Shown piece after piece: positions 38,015-51,680 of a stretch of DNA of 64,000 bases (position 1 is its first letter; each line of letters opens with the position of its first letter). The DNA lies in the NCBI RefSeq assembly GCF_001194135.2, contig NC_068995.1, positions 56,583,860 through 56,647,859 of the forward strand. The letters are read 5' to 3'. The position numbers were made by a program, and so were the translations under genes. The notes below the pieces were generated by a model that was given only the letters and a program-made list of their open reading frames with translations, was not told the origin of the DNA and did not search any database. Origin of the DNA: Octopus bimaculoides (lineage: Eukaryota).

Positions 38015-40099
38015 TGATAATAATAACAATGGTTTCAAATTTTGGCACAAGGCTAGCTGTTTTGGAGGATGGTATGAGTCACATACAATGACCCTAGTAT
38101 TCAACTGAAATTTTCTTATCAAGTGATTACATTATCTCAGTGGTCCTTGATATTTTTCCCTCGGCAGTGCACCGGAGACCAGCTAAAGAATTGCTAGCAC
38201 ACATCACACAGGAATTTTTTGAAAAAATATGTCTTTCAGTATAAAAATACAGAGAAAAACTACAGAAAACTACAGCTTAGTTTTATCAATAAATAATATT
38301 TTTGATAGCAAAATTATGGATAACACAAATTAGTTATTAGTGACAGAAGCAGTATTAATTCAAAATAGCATTGTGTATATCTTACTGAATGTGGATATAC
38401 TTAGAAAAGCCACAATACTGCAGGACTTGTCCCAAGAAAGCATCTCATGAACACCTCAGTGCTATGGCTTCACACAGTCTATTCTACATTATGTAAAATA
38501 TACAGATTATTATCCTGAACAAAACACTTTTGAAGGTACTCAAGCATTTATAAGGATTTTTTGTAAGACTTCAATTTTATGTTTAAACAAATTACAGGGC
38601 ATTTAGATAGACCTTATGGTGATGCTCTGCCAGAGAATTGTTGGGTTTTCTGTTTTTTTTTTTGGCAGTTCTACCAAATGAAATAGTGTGGTGTGTGAGA
38701 TGGTGAAGAGTGGTGTGTGGCAAGTTTAGATGCTCCTTCACAGTAGTGCTCTGCCTGAGATCAAGTGTATTAAACATGAAAAAGATTCATCAATAAATAA
38801 ATTTGACTGGAATATTGAAAAGGACAAATATGAAACTAAATTATTGCTACATTATCATGGCCTTTATTTTAAACAAATAGACCTATTTATTTCACCAAAA
38901 GGTAGAATAAATGAATAAATTATTTAAACAGTAAAAAAACTGTCAATGCACGTATGCATAATGGTATGCATTTATGTATACAAATATATATTACGTCTGA
39001 GCATTACATATAACTTCAGGTCAAAATTAAGAGCTTTCACAAATATATAAAAAGAAAAAAGAGAGGTGGGAGAGTAAAAGTTCCAATAAATTTATCAACA
39101 ATTGGATGATAATTGCTGTTTGGTATGTGCTTTGTTTTACAATTACTTTCTGTTGAGAAAACTATTCTTTGCCTTCTTTGGAAAGTTCTAATGATGTGAA
39201 GGTTACTATGGAAACAGATAACATTGAAGATGAAAACAGAATAGAAAGTACATAGGCACATCCAGAGTTAAGTGAACACATGAAGAATGAAAGAATATGC
39301 AAGTTAAAGTAAAACAATGCAGATTAACCAAACAAGAGGTTTAACTGTAAGGGATTGCAATTTCCATGCATGCATGTATGTATAACTGCACATGGAAATG
39401 TATGGATATATATATATATATATATATGTATACACACATGCACACACACGTGACTATATGAGTGTTCCAATAATTTTTAAGTGATATAATAACTAGGCAC
39501 ATCACAGAAATATTTTAATCAAGCAAACTAGTTACGTCTTTAATATATATGTGTATGTGAATATATATGTGTGTGTGCGCATATGTGTATACATGTATAT
39601 ATATCAACATTTAATGTCCTCTATCTATAAACATGTATACATATGTATGTGTGTGCATGTACATATGTATGTATATTTGTGTATACATATATATATGCAT
39701 AAATATATATATATATATATATATATGCAAGGCTTATTTATATGCTCTAAGAATACATTTGGCAGAGACAGAAACAGATAAAAGAAGAGAAAAATGTTCT
39801 AATTTAATATATTTGAAGTAGTTTGAAATTACCAGGAAATTGCTAGATAATTTCCCTGAAGTGCCAGCTGTAACGAGAATCCCCGTCCGCATCATATTTT
39901 AAAAGTTATTCATTCAATTAGTTACATGTTTGTTTGCACTTCTGTGTGCATGTCTCAGTCATTGCAATACCACAAAACAAAACAACTTACTATTACTACC
40001 ACTATTTACAGATGCATGCACGCATACATACACACAGACACACACACACACACACACGCATATATATATATATNNNNNNNNNNTATATATATATATATA

Positions 40100-40235
40100 G
40101 GTGCATGGCACAGTGGTTAGAGTGTCAGGCTTACAATCGCAAGGTTGTGAGTTTAATTCCCGGATTGGGCTGTGTGTTGTGTTCTTGAGCAAGAAACTTT
40201 ATTTCATGTTACTCCAGTTCCCTCAGCTGTAGAAA
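40100..40235 (+). mobile_element. tRNA-derived SINE family E head
   Basis: catggcacagtggttagagtgtcaggcttacaatcgcaaggttgtgagtttaattcccgg...gtgttcttgagcaagaaactttatttca. Related pieces at about 3265-3390 (+), 1628-1670 (-), 49390-49470 (-) and 49740-49830 (-). Confidence 0.75.
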
Positions 40236-40242
40236 TATATAT

Positions 40243-40276
<34 letters not shown>

Positions 40277-40749
40277 CCAACCCATGCCAACATGGAAAAT
40301 AGATGTTAGATGATGATGATGATAGTGATGATGTATANNNNNNNNNNNNNNNNNNNNNNNNNNNNNNNNNNNNNNNNNNNNNNNNNNNNNNNNNNNNNNN
40401 NNNNNNNNNNNNNNNNNNNNNNNNNNNNNNNNNNNNNNNNNNNNNNNNNNNNNNNNNNNNNNNNNNNNNNNNNNNNNNNNNNNNNNNNNNNNNNNNNNNN
40501 NNNNNNNNNNNNNNNNNNNNNNNNNNNNNNNNNNNNNNNNNNNNNNNNNNNNNNNNNNNNNNNNNNNNNNNNNNNNNNNNNNNNNNNNNNNNNNNNNNNN
40601 NNNNNNNNNNNNNNNNNNNNNNNNNNNNNNNNNNNNNNNNNNNNNNNNNNNNNNNNNNNNNNNNNNNNNNNNNNNNNNNNNNNNNNNNNNNNNNNNNNNN
40701 NNNNNNNNNNNNNNNNNNNNNNNNNNNNNNNNNNNNNNNNNNNNNNNNN

Positions 40750-40786
<37 letters not shown>

Positions 40787-41790
40787 TATATACATACATA
40801 CATATATACATACACACACACACTGAGGAGCAAGGGAGAAAGATAAACAGAGAGGGAAAGATAAAGTTATATATACATAAAAAACAGATGTTTTGGCAAG
40901 TGTATTATGTGTTGAGAAATAAATATGGCTTATGTGTGGGGCATGATTTCAGTTAATCAAATGCCAATTGTTTTATTGAATATAATTAAATACAATATAT
41001 TTTGCAGTTAATATAAATCTCACAGCATATGCATACGTGTGTGTGTGTGTGTGTGTGCATGCGTGTGAGCATGTTTCTGAGCGCATATTCCAGCATACAT
41101 GCATTCATACATACACTCATAAATTAGCTGGATTTAATAATATTAGGAATGTGCAAAATATAAATTTTTATTAAAATTCACATTCACAGCAAATTTATTC
41201 TGTGTCTTATTCTAGTAGGTCCAAGAAATGTCGAATAACAAAATGAATATATAAAAATAAAAAAATTAAAAAAGTAACATTAACAAAAATTTAAAAATAA
41301 GGAAACCAAAAACCATATTGGCAAATCAACATAATTCTTAAAATGTGTTTTTTTTTTTCAATGTAATAATTCATCTGACATGAAATAAGTTTAACCAAAA
41401 ATGTCACCTAGTTATTTATATAATATCTTCCTACACCTGTTAAATGATAAACAATGACTGTTTTTAATTTCATTATGTAAATTAGTGACTATTTAGATAT
41501 CTATTTCAGCTGCAGCGAAATTATTACAATTTATTTATTTTTTGTTTGTTTTGTCTTTTGCATTTTTTTCTCCAATGGGACATTTCCAAACGAAAGAGAA
41601 AGAGACAGATACACAGAACTGTTAGGAATTATTCTGACGTTTGAAAATAGATACCTCTGGGAATTCAATATGTATCAATTTTTTTGTTTGTCTATGATGG
41701 TTAAAAATTCAATTTATTGTTTAATTAACAAATATCAGATAATTTTTTTTGAGAGACATAAAGTCCTTCAATCTGAATTAATTCAAACAA

Positions 41791-43040
41791 TAGGCATAAG
41801 TATGGCAATGCAGTTAAGAAGATTGTTTTCAAACCACTTACTATCAGGTTCAATCCTGCAGTTTGGCATCTTGAGTAAGTGCCTTCTGCTATAGTCCTGA
41901 ACTGGTCAAAGCCTTGAGAGTAGATTTGGTAGATGGAAACTAAAAGCCTATCTATCTCTCTCTCTATCTATCTGTCTGTATGTATGTATACATGCATGTG
42001 TGTGCATCTCTGTGTGTATGCATGCATTCCTGTAAGTGTGTATGTGTGTCACTTCATTTTAGTAGTCATGAATGCAGGAAAGGAAGAAAAAGAGAGAGGC
42101 ATTTGGATGTGATGGCTTGCATCATAAACTTATGCTGCGTAACATACATCCAACACATTTAATGGACATTTCACACCATTTATTAGATACAAGTTGAATT
42201 ATACTTCTTTTTTGTTATTCTTTCTGTAACATAAAATTCTTTTTTAAATCCCCATATTAAAAAAAAACAACAACAAATATTTTAGTGTGCGCATGTGTTT
42301 GTGTAAGGGCCTATGGTTTGTCAAATGTTTAATTGTTTGCTCAGATAGCTATGCTTAGATACTAATCGTATTCAACAGACATGCTTGGAATTTAAATTTA
42401 TTTTATCAATTTACTATTTTTATACAAAGAATTTTTTCTTACATCATAACATACCAGCATCACATGTGTACATGTCGTTCAGCCTAAGTCAACCTTGATT
42501 GATCAGAACTACAATGAAAAGCATTCCAGCCATGACCAGACCATATTTTGAACACTACATAGGCTTTAGATTATCTAATGTGTATTTCCATTATCTAAGA
42601 CTACTGGATGTGATTTGACAGAAATTTGGTTGCTATTTCTAGCAGGTTGTGAATTATTCACTGGTTCAAGTGGAAGAGTTTGTTTCATTTGAAAATAAAA
42701 TCTATTCTTTCATCTTTTTCTTGCTTCAGTCATTGGGCTATGGTCATACTGGAGCAATGATTTGAAGAGCTTAGTCAAGGAAATTGAGCACAGAACTTAT
42801 TTTTTAAAATTTGGTACTTATTTTATTGATCTGGTTTGCAGAACCGCTAAGTTATGAGGGTGTAAAAAAACCAACATAAATTGTTAGCTAATGTGGGTGG
42901 GGGACAAAAACAAACACACGCACACACCTAAAGAGGCTTCCAAAGTTACTCCCAAGTAAATTCATTCACAAGACATTGGTTCTACCAGAGCCATAAAAGA
43001 GAACCCTTGCCCAGGGTGTCACACTGTGGGACTAAGCCCT
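41791..43040. mobile_element. Family A SINE fragments (plus 41791-41950; minus 42710-43040) and a further repeat (42475-42650)
   Basis: ggcatcttgagtaagtgccttctgctatag...gatttggtagatggaaactaaaag; gcagaaccgctaagtta; cccttgcccagggtgtcacactgtgggact. Confidence 0.65.
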
Positions 43041-43086
43041 TGTGGCTTTAAGTTCTGTCTGTCATAACAACAACAANNNNNNNNNN

Positions 43087-43142
<56 letters not shown>

Positions 43143-43834
43143 GGACAATTGGATAACATTTCCTAGATCTTTTATACTATTTGCAATTATGTAGGCAAAT
43201 TAGGTGATAAAGTTGTGTTTGTGTTGGATATGCAATCGAGAAAGAGAAAAGGAGAGAAGGAGAAAGCTAGAGAGAATGAAAGAAAGAAAGAAAGAAAGAA
43301 AGAAAGGAGCCAATGTAGGTCATTAACTGCCCATTCTAAACCATATTGTCTGTCTGTTGACGATTCCTTACCTTTTAATTACCATTTTATGACTTCTTGT
43401 TGCTTCTTTTTGTTTGTTGTTTGTTAATTCTGAGACAAAATGACTGAGAATGGCCAACAGAGTGAAGTATAATGATGATGTTGTAGAAGGTGGTGCAGTG
43501 GTGGTGGTGGTGGTGGTGTATGGCAGTTGGAATGTTCAGGTAAGGCTACGGTGGGGTGCAATGCATGATTAGCAAAGTAAAGTGGTAGGTAACATCTCAT
43601 TTCTGACCAAGGGTGAATGGATAGGTTCTGATGGAAGGCATTCATTTTGTGTTCGTTGTATTTTTCCCCATAAAACCTACTACTACTATAACACATACCA
43701 GCACCACCACTACCACTACTACAGCTGTTGTTAGATCTGACAAGAGTTTTTTTCATGACTGCCATCATACACTTGCTATAATTGTTAGAACCGCTGCCTA
43801 TCTTCAATGTTACTAGAATTCACACCTTTGTAAA

Positions 43835-43872
<38 letters not shown>

Positions 43873-44103
43873 AATGCATCATTTCCTCTTAGAGGTCTTT
43901 TAACAAACAGTGAAGTTAGTTGCAACTGAATGACAACAAAAGAAAACAAAAAAAAAGCTGCAAATGCCATCTTCACAGCATTTACTCCTCATAATCTGTA
44001 TATTGACAACACTATCGCTACATTATTATAATCATGATATCACATTATGTCATTATAGATTATTATCATCATCATCATCATATCATCACTCCACACACAG
44101 ACA

Positions 44104-44141
<38 letters not shown>

Positions 44142-44188
44142 GTAAAGAGAGATGTTATCTTAGCAACATGACTTGACTTTATCTCCAT

Positions 44189-44219
<31 letters not shown>

Positions 44220-44724
44220 AGATACGAACACACTGATCACAGTAACAAATGAATAGCCGTAAGACTACTTACTATACATGACGGTTACAACAACAACAAT
44301 AACCAAAAAGAATCATAAGATGAGGCTATGAATGAAACAACAACAACAAAAGGGAGATAAGAACAGTTAAAAAGCAAGATCCTATCTGCTGGACAGGGTG
44401 TTGGTTGATTATGTAATGCTGCGATAAAGCATATAAGTGATNNNNNNNNNNNNNNNNNNNNNNNNNNNNNNNNNNNNNNNNNNNNNNNNNNNNNNNNNNN
44501 NNNNNNNNNNNNNNNNNNTATATATATATATATATATATATACATACATATATATATATATATATGGTATACAATATACATCTATAATGTTTCTGTATAT
44601 GTGGTGTGTGTGTGTCCCCGCATGGTTTTATATTGACATGCAAGTCTTCTGAAGAAGAGATTAACAATAAAATGATTCATATCATTAGTATTGATGAAGT
44701 TATTCTAGTATCAGGTGGATGTAG

Positions 44725-45075
44725 ACATGGCTGTGGGTCTAAGACTTTTTCTTCACAAGCATATGGCCGTGAGTTCAGTCCCACTGCATGGCATCTTGGG
44801 AGCAGGTGTCTTTTACTGTAGCCTCAGCCAATATCTTGTGAATGAAACAGATATAAACTGAACAAAAGCTTCATGTCATCATCATCATCATAACCATCAC
44901 CATCATTTAATATACATTTAATATACATTTACTGTATCTGTAAAGACAGCCTGTGTTTACTTCTCTCAACTTAGCAATGAAAAGAGATTCCAGAAATAAG
45001 TACTGTACTCAAAGTGATCAAACAAAGCAGTTTACAGAGTGCTGCAGCATGGTCACAGTCCAACAACTGAAATAA
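44725..45075 (+). mobile_element. Family A SINE, degraded
   Basis: catggctgtgggtctaag...gagttcagtcccactgcatggcatcttggg...gcagcatggtcacagtcc. Confidence 0.7.
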
Positions 45076-45137
45076 TTAAAAGGGAACAAAAGTATGGAAC
45101 TTGAAGACGAAATACTGCAAAATTATTTTCTCTCGTA

Positions 45138-45170
<33 letters not shown>

Positions 45171-45769
45171 NNNNNNNNNNNNNNNNNNNNNNNNNNNNNN
45201 NNNNNNNNNNNNNNNNNNNNNNNNNNNNNNNNNNNNNNNNNNNNNNNNNNNNNNNNNNNNNNNNNNNNNNNNNNNNNNNNNNNNNNNNNNNNNNNNNNNN
45301 NNNNNNNNNNNNNNNNNNNNNNNNNNNNNNNNNNNNNNNNNNNNNNNNNNNNNNNNNNNNNNNNNNNNNNNNNNNNNNNNNNNNNNNNNNNNNNNNNNNN
45401 NNNNNNNNNNNNNNNNNNNNNNNNNNNNNNNNNNNNNNNNNNNNNNNNNNNNNNNNNNNNNNNNNNNNNNNNNNNNNNNNNNNNNNNNNNNNNNNNNNNN
45501 NNNNNNNNNNNNNNNNNNNNNNNNNNNNNNNNNNNNNNNNNNNNNNNNNNNNNNNNNNNNNNNNNNNNNNNNNNNNNNNNNNNNNNNNNNNNNNNNNNNN
45601 NNNNNNNNNNNNNNNNNNNNNNNNNNNNNNNNNNNNNNNNNNNNNNNNNNNNNNNNNNNNNNNNNNNNNNNNNNNNNNNNNNNNNNNNNNNNNNNNNNNN
45701 NNNNNNNNNNNNNNNNNNNNNNNNNNNNNNNNNNNNNNNNNNNNNNNNNNNNNNNNNNNNNNNNNNNNN

Positions 45770-45814
<45 letters not shown>

Positions 45815-47639
45815 CACACATATGTATATATACATAAAGATGCATATACAGACATATACATGCACATAAACACACATATACATACTTATACACACACACA
45901 CACACACCACAATCATATCCATATACATGTATGCACATATATATATGTACATTCATACACAAGCTTTCTTTCTCCCCACCCTCTCTCTCTCTCACACACA
46001 CACACACAGTATACATACCTTCCAAATGTTTCCGAATTTGACAACATATGAATATCCATGATTATTACATATGGTGTTGTTGTTGTCTGAGTTGTTGGAG
46101 AGGCGGTACTTACAGAAGCTAATCACCATAACAATACAAGCCGAAGACTACCAGAAATTTATTGAAAAATGCATATTCTTTAGATTTCTAGTGACAAGAA
46201 TACATGATATAGCGACATTCACAGAAATCAGAATGGCAATCAAGGCTGGCAAGAAGGAAGAAAATAGCAGCTGGGAGTAGGCTACCCTGTGTTTGTGCAC
46301 TCTCAACTTCAAAATCCCAGAGTTGGTTGGGGAAGAGAAAGTTTCATCTCTCATCTATTGCTTCTTTTTTTTTTCCTTCTCTGTACTTTGACCAGTTTGG
46401 TCTGTAATTAGGTGAGTATAATATATGACACCTCCAAAGCAGCTTTCCTCTCCACAACCTGGGGCAGAAAGCAAATAACAGTTATGTAACTCCACCACCT
46501 TCACCACCACTATTTCTTGTAAAACTTCTAGGAAGACAAAAACTACCACCGCCACCACCACCAGCACCAGCACCAGCACCACCACCTAGTCTCCTCAAAT
46601 GTGTACACATAGCCAACCATCCTGCTACCACTTCTAAGAATCTATGGATTTTTATGGTAGGATAAATTTCATAAGAATAGCAGGCTAATAATTCCATTTT
46701 GTCTTGTTTTTGTTGTTTTTTTTTTGTTTGTTTCATGATATAAAATTGTTTTGGAAAAAATAAACAGACAAATAAACTACAACATCAACAATAATGACAA
46801 CAACAATAATAATAATAATAATAATAATAATGATAATAATTAGAATAAATTAAAATAGAAAAACATAACAACAAATGATCAACATAACTGCTGATTTCTG
46901 TCTCCAAGATAATTAGTGTGGTTTATCAGTATCTTCAAAGACCTCTGAGCACTGGCAGCAAAGTATCTCTGCATAGAGTAACTGAAATTGCTGGGCAAAA
47001 ATGGTAATCAGGCCTACATTTTAACTGCTAGTTCTATGAAAGAACAGAATAGAGACATGCTGGCTGCTTTGTCCAAAGACATACACATGGCAATTTCCGC
47101 TTAAGTAGTGAAAATTTATCACTTTCCTTTTCATTCCCGATCTTCATATTTTTTTTTTGTTTTTGTTTTCAGGGAAGAAGGAAAGGAATGAGAAATCTTG
47201 GAAGCAATTGAAGAATTCATTGGCACACAATCAAGAAATTATATTCTGCAGTTGCTTACAGCTCTGGATGAAGAGGAACAGCAACATGTCTGAGTTACTT
47301 TGTTCTTCTGATGGCAAGATTTAGTTGTTATAGCAGTAAATTCTTGTCAAATAACAAGTAAATTCAATTCCATTGGTAAAATGGTAGAATAACTTTTGAA
47401 AAGAAGAATCTGCAAACAGTATTGGTGGAATTATGGTCCAATGGAAACACTTCATGTTGGAATCTGCAGCCCTCTTTAAATTTCCAACTGAAATCATTCC
47501 TTTACAGTACCAGTGTCCTCTGGAACTGCACGGGCATCACAAATTTCCAAATGTTTTCCTTCACATGTCTAAGAATTTATGCTGAAGAAGTGAAGTGTAA
47601 GAAAGGACTTGAGAGGAAATAAGCATTGTGTGTGGAGTT

Positions 47640-48135
47640 CTTCCTCCACAAGGCTCAGTCCTTGTGGTGTGGTAGCAATATGTCTCTCAATAACTTTGAG
47701 AGCTGAGCCAAGAGAGTTCAATCACCTGGAGGGATTTCCCATACTAGATAGGCCAAAAGACAGGCCAAAGCTATAAAGATCACTTCACTCCAAAAATAAA
47801 AATGGATTTGTGTAGGGCCAACATTCTTATCTAGACAACAAAAAAAAACAAAGTTACAAAAGCATTGATGATAATTCTAAACCAACAAAATCAGGGAGAA
47901 TAAGGCCTTTCTTTAGGGAAACATGTGATGTGGTTAAGCAAAATCTGAAAGGAAACCAATATCCTACATCACACACCAGGCCCTGACCTGGGATGCACAA
48001 GGCAGGTGGAAGAGGAGACACCCTAAAAAGAAGTGGAGGCAGGTTACAAAGGCTGAGCAGGAACCTAGCTGGTGAGAAGCAGAAAAGATTTGAGAACAGT
48101 CAAGGAAAACCATCAACAGCCTATGATCTTAAGGG
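47640..48135 (+). repeat. Unclassified interspersed repeat, copy 2
   Basis: Collinear similarity to 4080-4500 in the same orientation. Confidence 0.6.
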
Positions 48136-48438
48136 AGGGACACAGTTCTAACAATGGATATACAAGAAGAAGTGAAAAATGCATGAATACAGGTCTTTAG
48201 ATTTTCCAGGTGTAGTCAGTGGCAAGAAAACCTTTGCAATCATGTTTATGGCAATCCATTAAAATGCAGCCGGTGAATAAGTATTTCTTGTTGGTGCAGA
48301 AATGGCTATAAAGTGAATAAGCTCACTTTGCAGCCATATTGTTTCAAGAAAAGAGCCGCTGCACGACACCATGGGCAAATGTCTAATACTACAACCCCAG
48401 GCAAACTAAAGCCCAGTGAGTGAATTTGGTAGACACAA

Positions 48439-48508
<70 letters not shown>

Positions 48509-49099
48509 TTTGTGCTAGTACTTGTCACTGCCACCACTTGACAACTGTAAAGAAAAATTTCACGTCACAACATGTCAGTAAGCTTGGATATCCTTTCACA
48601 GTGGACTACAAACCAACAACACCAACAGGAAGCCATTGTTTAAAACTCAACAAACATGAGAGAAATACAAACTCACTCACACAGACTATATGTGGTGTGT
48701 GTGTGTGTGTGTGTGTGTGCATGCGTTTGTGTGTACGCGCATGCACGTGCCTAAATACAGGTATGATCAATTTTGATTCTCTTTAATTAAAGAATATTTA
48801 ATTAATAGTTAAATATTTTAAAAAAAAAACCGAAAGTATTTTACTTATAGTTTAGAATAATAACATTTCAATTTCTGTTAATGCTTCATGATTTTCACTG
48901 TGCCAGTTCCATTTCCCAGATAAACTAATGATATTAATGGTACAACTTTGATGTGTTTTGCAGTAAGTCACAAAGATTCTTCAGAACAACTTTATAACAC
49001 TTAAATTCATTAGATGGATATGAAATTAACCAAACCAATATAAATATATACCTGCATACACGCTCGCACACACACACACACACACACGCACAAAAATGG

Positions 49100-49259
49100 T
49101 TCATACACATGTCTATATACACACATGCACAAAAAAACAGGGCTAAAGGCAAAATTCCCCAAAAAGTGAAAAAATAAGCAATTTTTTACACCGTTTTCTG
49201 TACTTTGCCTTTAGCCCTGTTTTTTCTTGTGTATGTGCATATATAGACATGTGTATGAA
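49100..49259. repeat. ~55-bp inverted repeat around a ~50-bp spacer (fold-back/MITE-like)
   Basis: ttcatacacatgtctatata...aaaaaacagggctaaaggcaaa (49100-49153) pairs with tttgcctttagccctgtttttt...tatatagacatgtgtatgaa (49204-49259). Confidence 0.8.
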
Positions 49260-49844
49260 TCTCATTATGCATACATGTCATGTGATCATGTGACTGACCA
49301 CATTATCAGATGTTGTTACACATCACTGGTTACATGATGCCACTCCACTGGGTAGGGGAGCAGGCTAACATTCCCTCTTGATCAAAAGGGGGACTGGAGT
49401 AATGTGAAATGAATTGTCTTGCTCAAGAACACAACATGTCACCCAGTCAGGGAATCAAACCCATGACCTGTTACATATGCCTCAGTGTTCAATAATTAAT
49501 TAATGACGTCACACTATAAATGCAATCTATTGATGCAACTTAAGTGCAGCATACATAATTAAAATGAACGCATTCTCAGACAGAGATGCTACACACACAA
49601 ACACACACACACACGTACAAGACTGTAAGCATCACTTGCAAGGCAAACATTGACACCTTCTCAGCTCTCCCACCCTTCATCCCAAAGGTTATCAAAGATA
49701 TGACAACTAGAGACAGAGGGGAGGGGCAGTACCATCACTGAACTGGTGCTTGTTTTTGTTTTCAGCTGAGTAGTTTAATGTACACTGCCCAGTCCAGGGA
49801 CAGAAACCATGACCTTATGATTAGAAGCTTAACACTCTTACCAG

Positions 49845-50005
49845 GACAGATTTCTTTCGGTTTGGATCTACCAAATCAACTTGCAAGGCTTTGGTCAGTT
49901 TGGGGTTACAGCAGAAGGCACGTACCCGATGTGCCTTGTAGTAGGATTAAACCTGAGATTATGTGGTTTGGAAAGAAACTTCTTAATCATGCAGCCATGC
50001 CTGTG
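49845..50005 (-). mobile_element. Family A SINE 5' half
   Basis: tctaccaaatcaac...gctttggtcag...cttcttaatcatgcagccatgcctg. Confidence 0.7.
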
Positions 50006-51419
50006 TCTGATGTGCATATAATATTAAATAGTAAAACATTCCCTTCACTAATATAAAACAATTGTTTTAAATACAGTTGATATTCCCCTGACAAGTCGTA
50101 ATAAAATTTATGGCCCAATTCATGTTTTTCTGATACACCATATACATTTAAACATATGCTTCTGCAGATAAAGAGCAAAGTTGAAGCCAAAAAAAAAAAA
50201 TGGGTTAGATTCTAATCTTACTGCAAAAGGCTTGTCATTTATGCATTCCATTTAACTTCCTCTTTGATGTACGAGCTATGTGGGTACCAGATATAGGTTG
50301 TTAAATCTACAAGATAGTTTTATTGGAATTTAAATCAAGGCCTTGTGTTCCTCAGTTCAATGCTTTCATTGCAGAAGTTTGGCCAAGTGCCATTTAAATT
50401 TTTAACTTATTCCGTTATATGTTAAGTGAAAGATAAGTAAATATTAATATGATTAAAAATGAAATAGAAATATATGCTTGAAAGACTACTGTAATTTTTC
50501 ATAACTTCCCATTTAAAATAAACTGTGAAGTGATTTTCTGTCGTTCTTAACCACAGATTTATCATTGCAGAAAGTCTTATATATCTTCAAAAAACAAAAA
50601 TAAGTGCTAAAACATCGAATATATAGAAAAATAATTGTAAAGTAATTAATTGAACAACATAATGCTTTCATTGTGATTTCATGAGAAATTTATGACCAGA
50701 GAACTAATTTGCAACAATTTCTAATTTCTGAAGGAGATTGCTTGAACCAGTTAAAAGCAGAAATACAAATTGTTAAAACTGAAATACTTAAAAGTACATT
50801 TCTTAATAGTGTTCTCTTCAATCATACTTTTTTTTTTAGTCTCCAGTTTATATTTGCTACTCTTCTAATATTAGTAACTATGTCTATTCAATGTAACCAA
50901 TTTTTTTTTTTATTATATATGAGAAATATTTTCAATAAAAAAAATTAAATATATTCTCTTCTATTTTTAATTATCTGATGTCTCCTTGTATGGAAGAAGT
51001 TAGTTTCTATCAAATATATAAAACTCTATTGTTGGACTGTAGATAAAAAAAATTTCACATTTTGAACTTGAGTAAAGTTTTGCATATTTTTACTGTTCTG
51101 CTTATAGATGTTATATGTAATGTGCATGTTAGCATGTTGATTTCTTTTTCTGAAAGCTCCAGCTTTTCCAGATTGTCACTTAAACCATTTACTAACTAAA
51201 CCAAGTACACTAATTATTTTTGGTATAAATGTGAATTTATAATCTATATTTAAAAGTTGGGAGCTTTTCTCTTCCCCAAATTAAACCTTCTCAGAATTTA
51301 TTTCCCGTTTTTGTTGTCCTATCAGTAAAAATAAAATAAAATAAAACTACATCTGTGTAAAATAAACATCATTCTCATCTTCTTCCTCCTTATTCGATAC
51401 CTGTTATACATGCAGGCAG

Positions 51420-51680
51420 AATCCAAGAAATTGAAGGACTGCATCAAATTCTAATGTCAGCTTTGGCATAATTTCTATGGTTGGATGCCCTTCCTAATGC
51501 CAACCACTCCACAAAGTGTTCTGGGTGCTTTTTTCGTGCCACCAGCACTAGTGAGGATGCCACAAAACTTGAAAGACAAGAAAAGTAAAAAAAAAAACCT
51601 CCACTAAGTGTGTGGAGAGGTGGGGGATGGCTTTATGCTAAGTCTTGGGAGTGGTTAAAGTATGATACAGAGTAAAGCCT
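51420..51680 (-). mobile_element. Family C retroposon
   Basis: tttctatggttggatgcccttcctaatgccaaccactccacaaagtgttctgggtgcttttt. Confidence 0.75.

Noticed and set aside
46113-46354. Hydrophobic minus-strand ORF near a GTAAGT donor, and a 16-nt plus-strand micro-exon candidate near 46395-46410
   Set aside because: An in-frame stop precedes the donor, there is no homology clue, and such sites are expected by chance.
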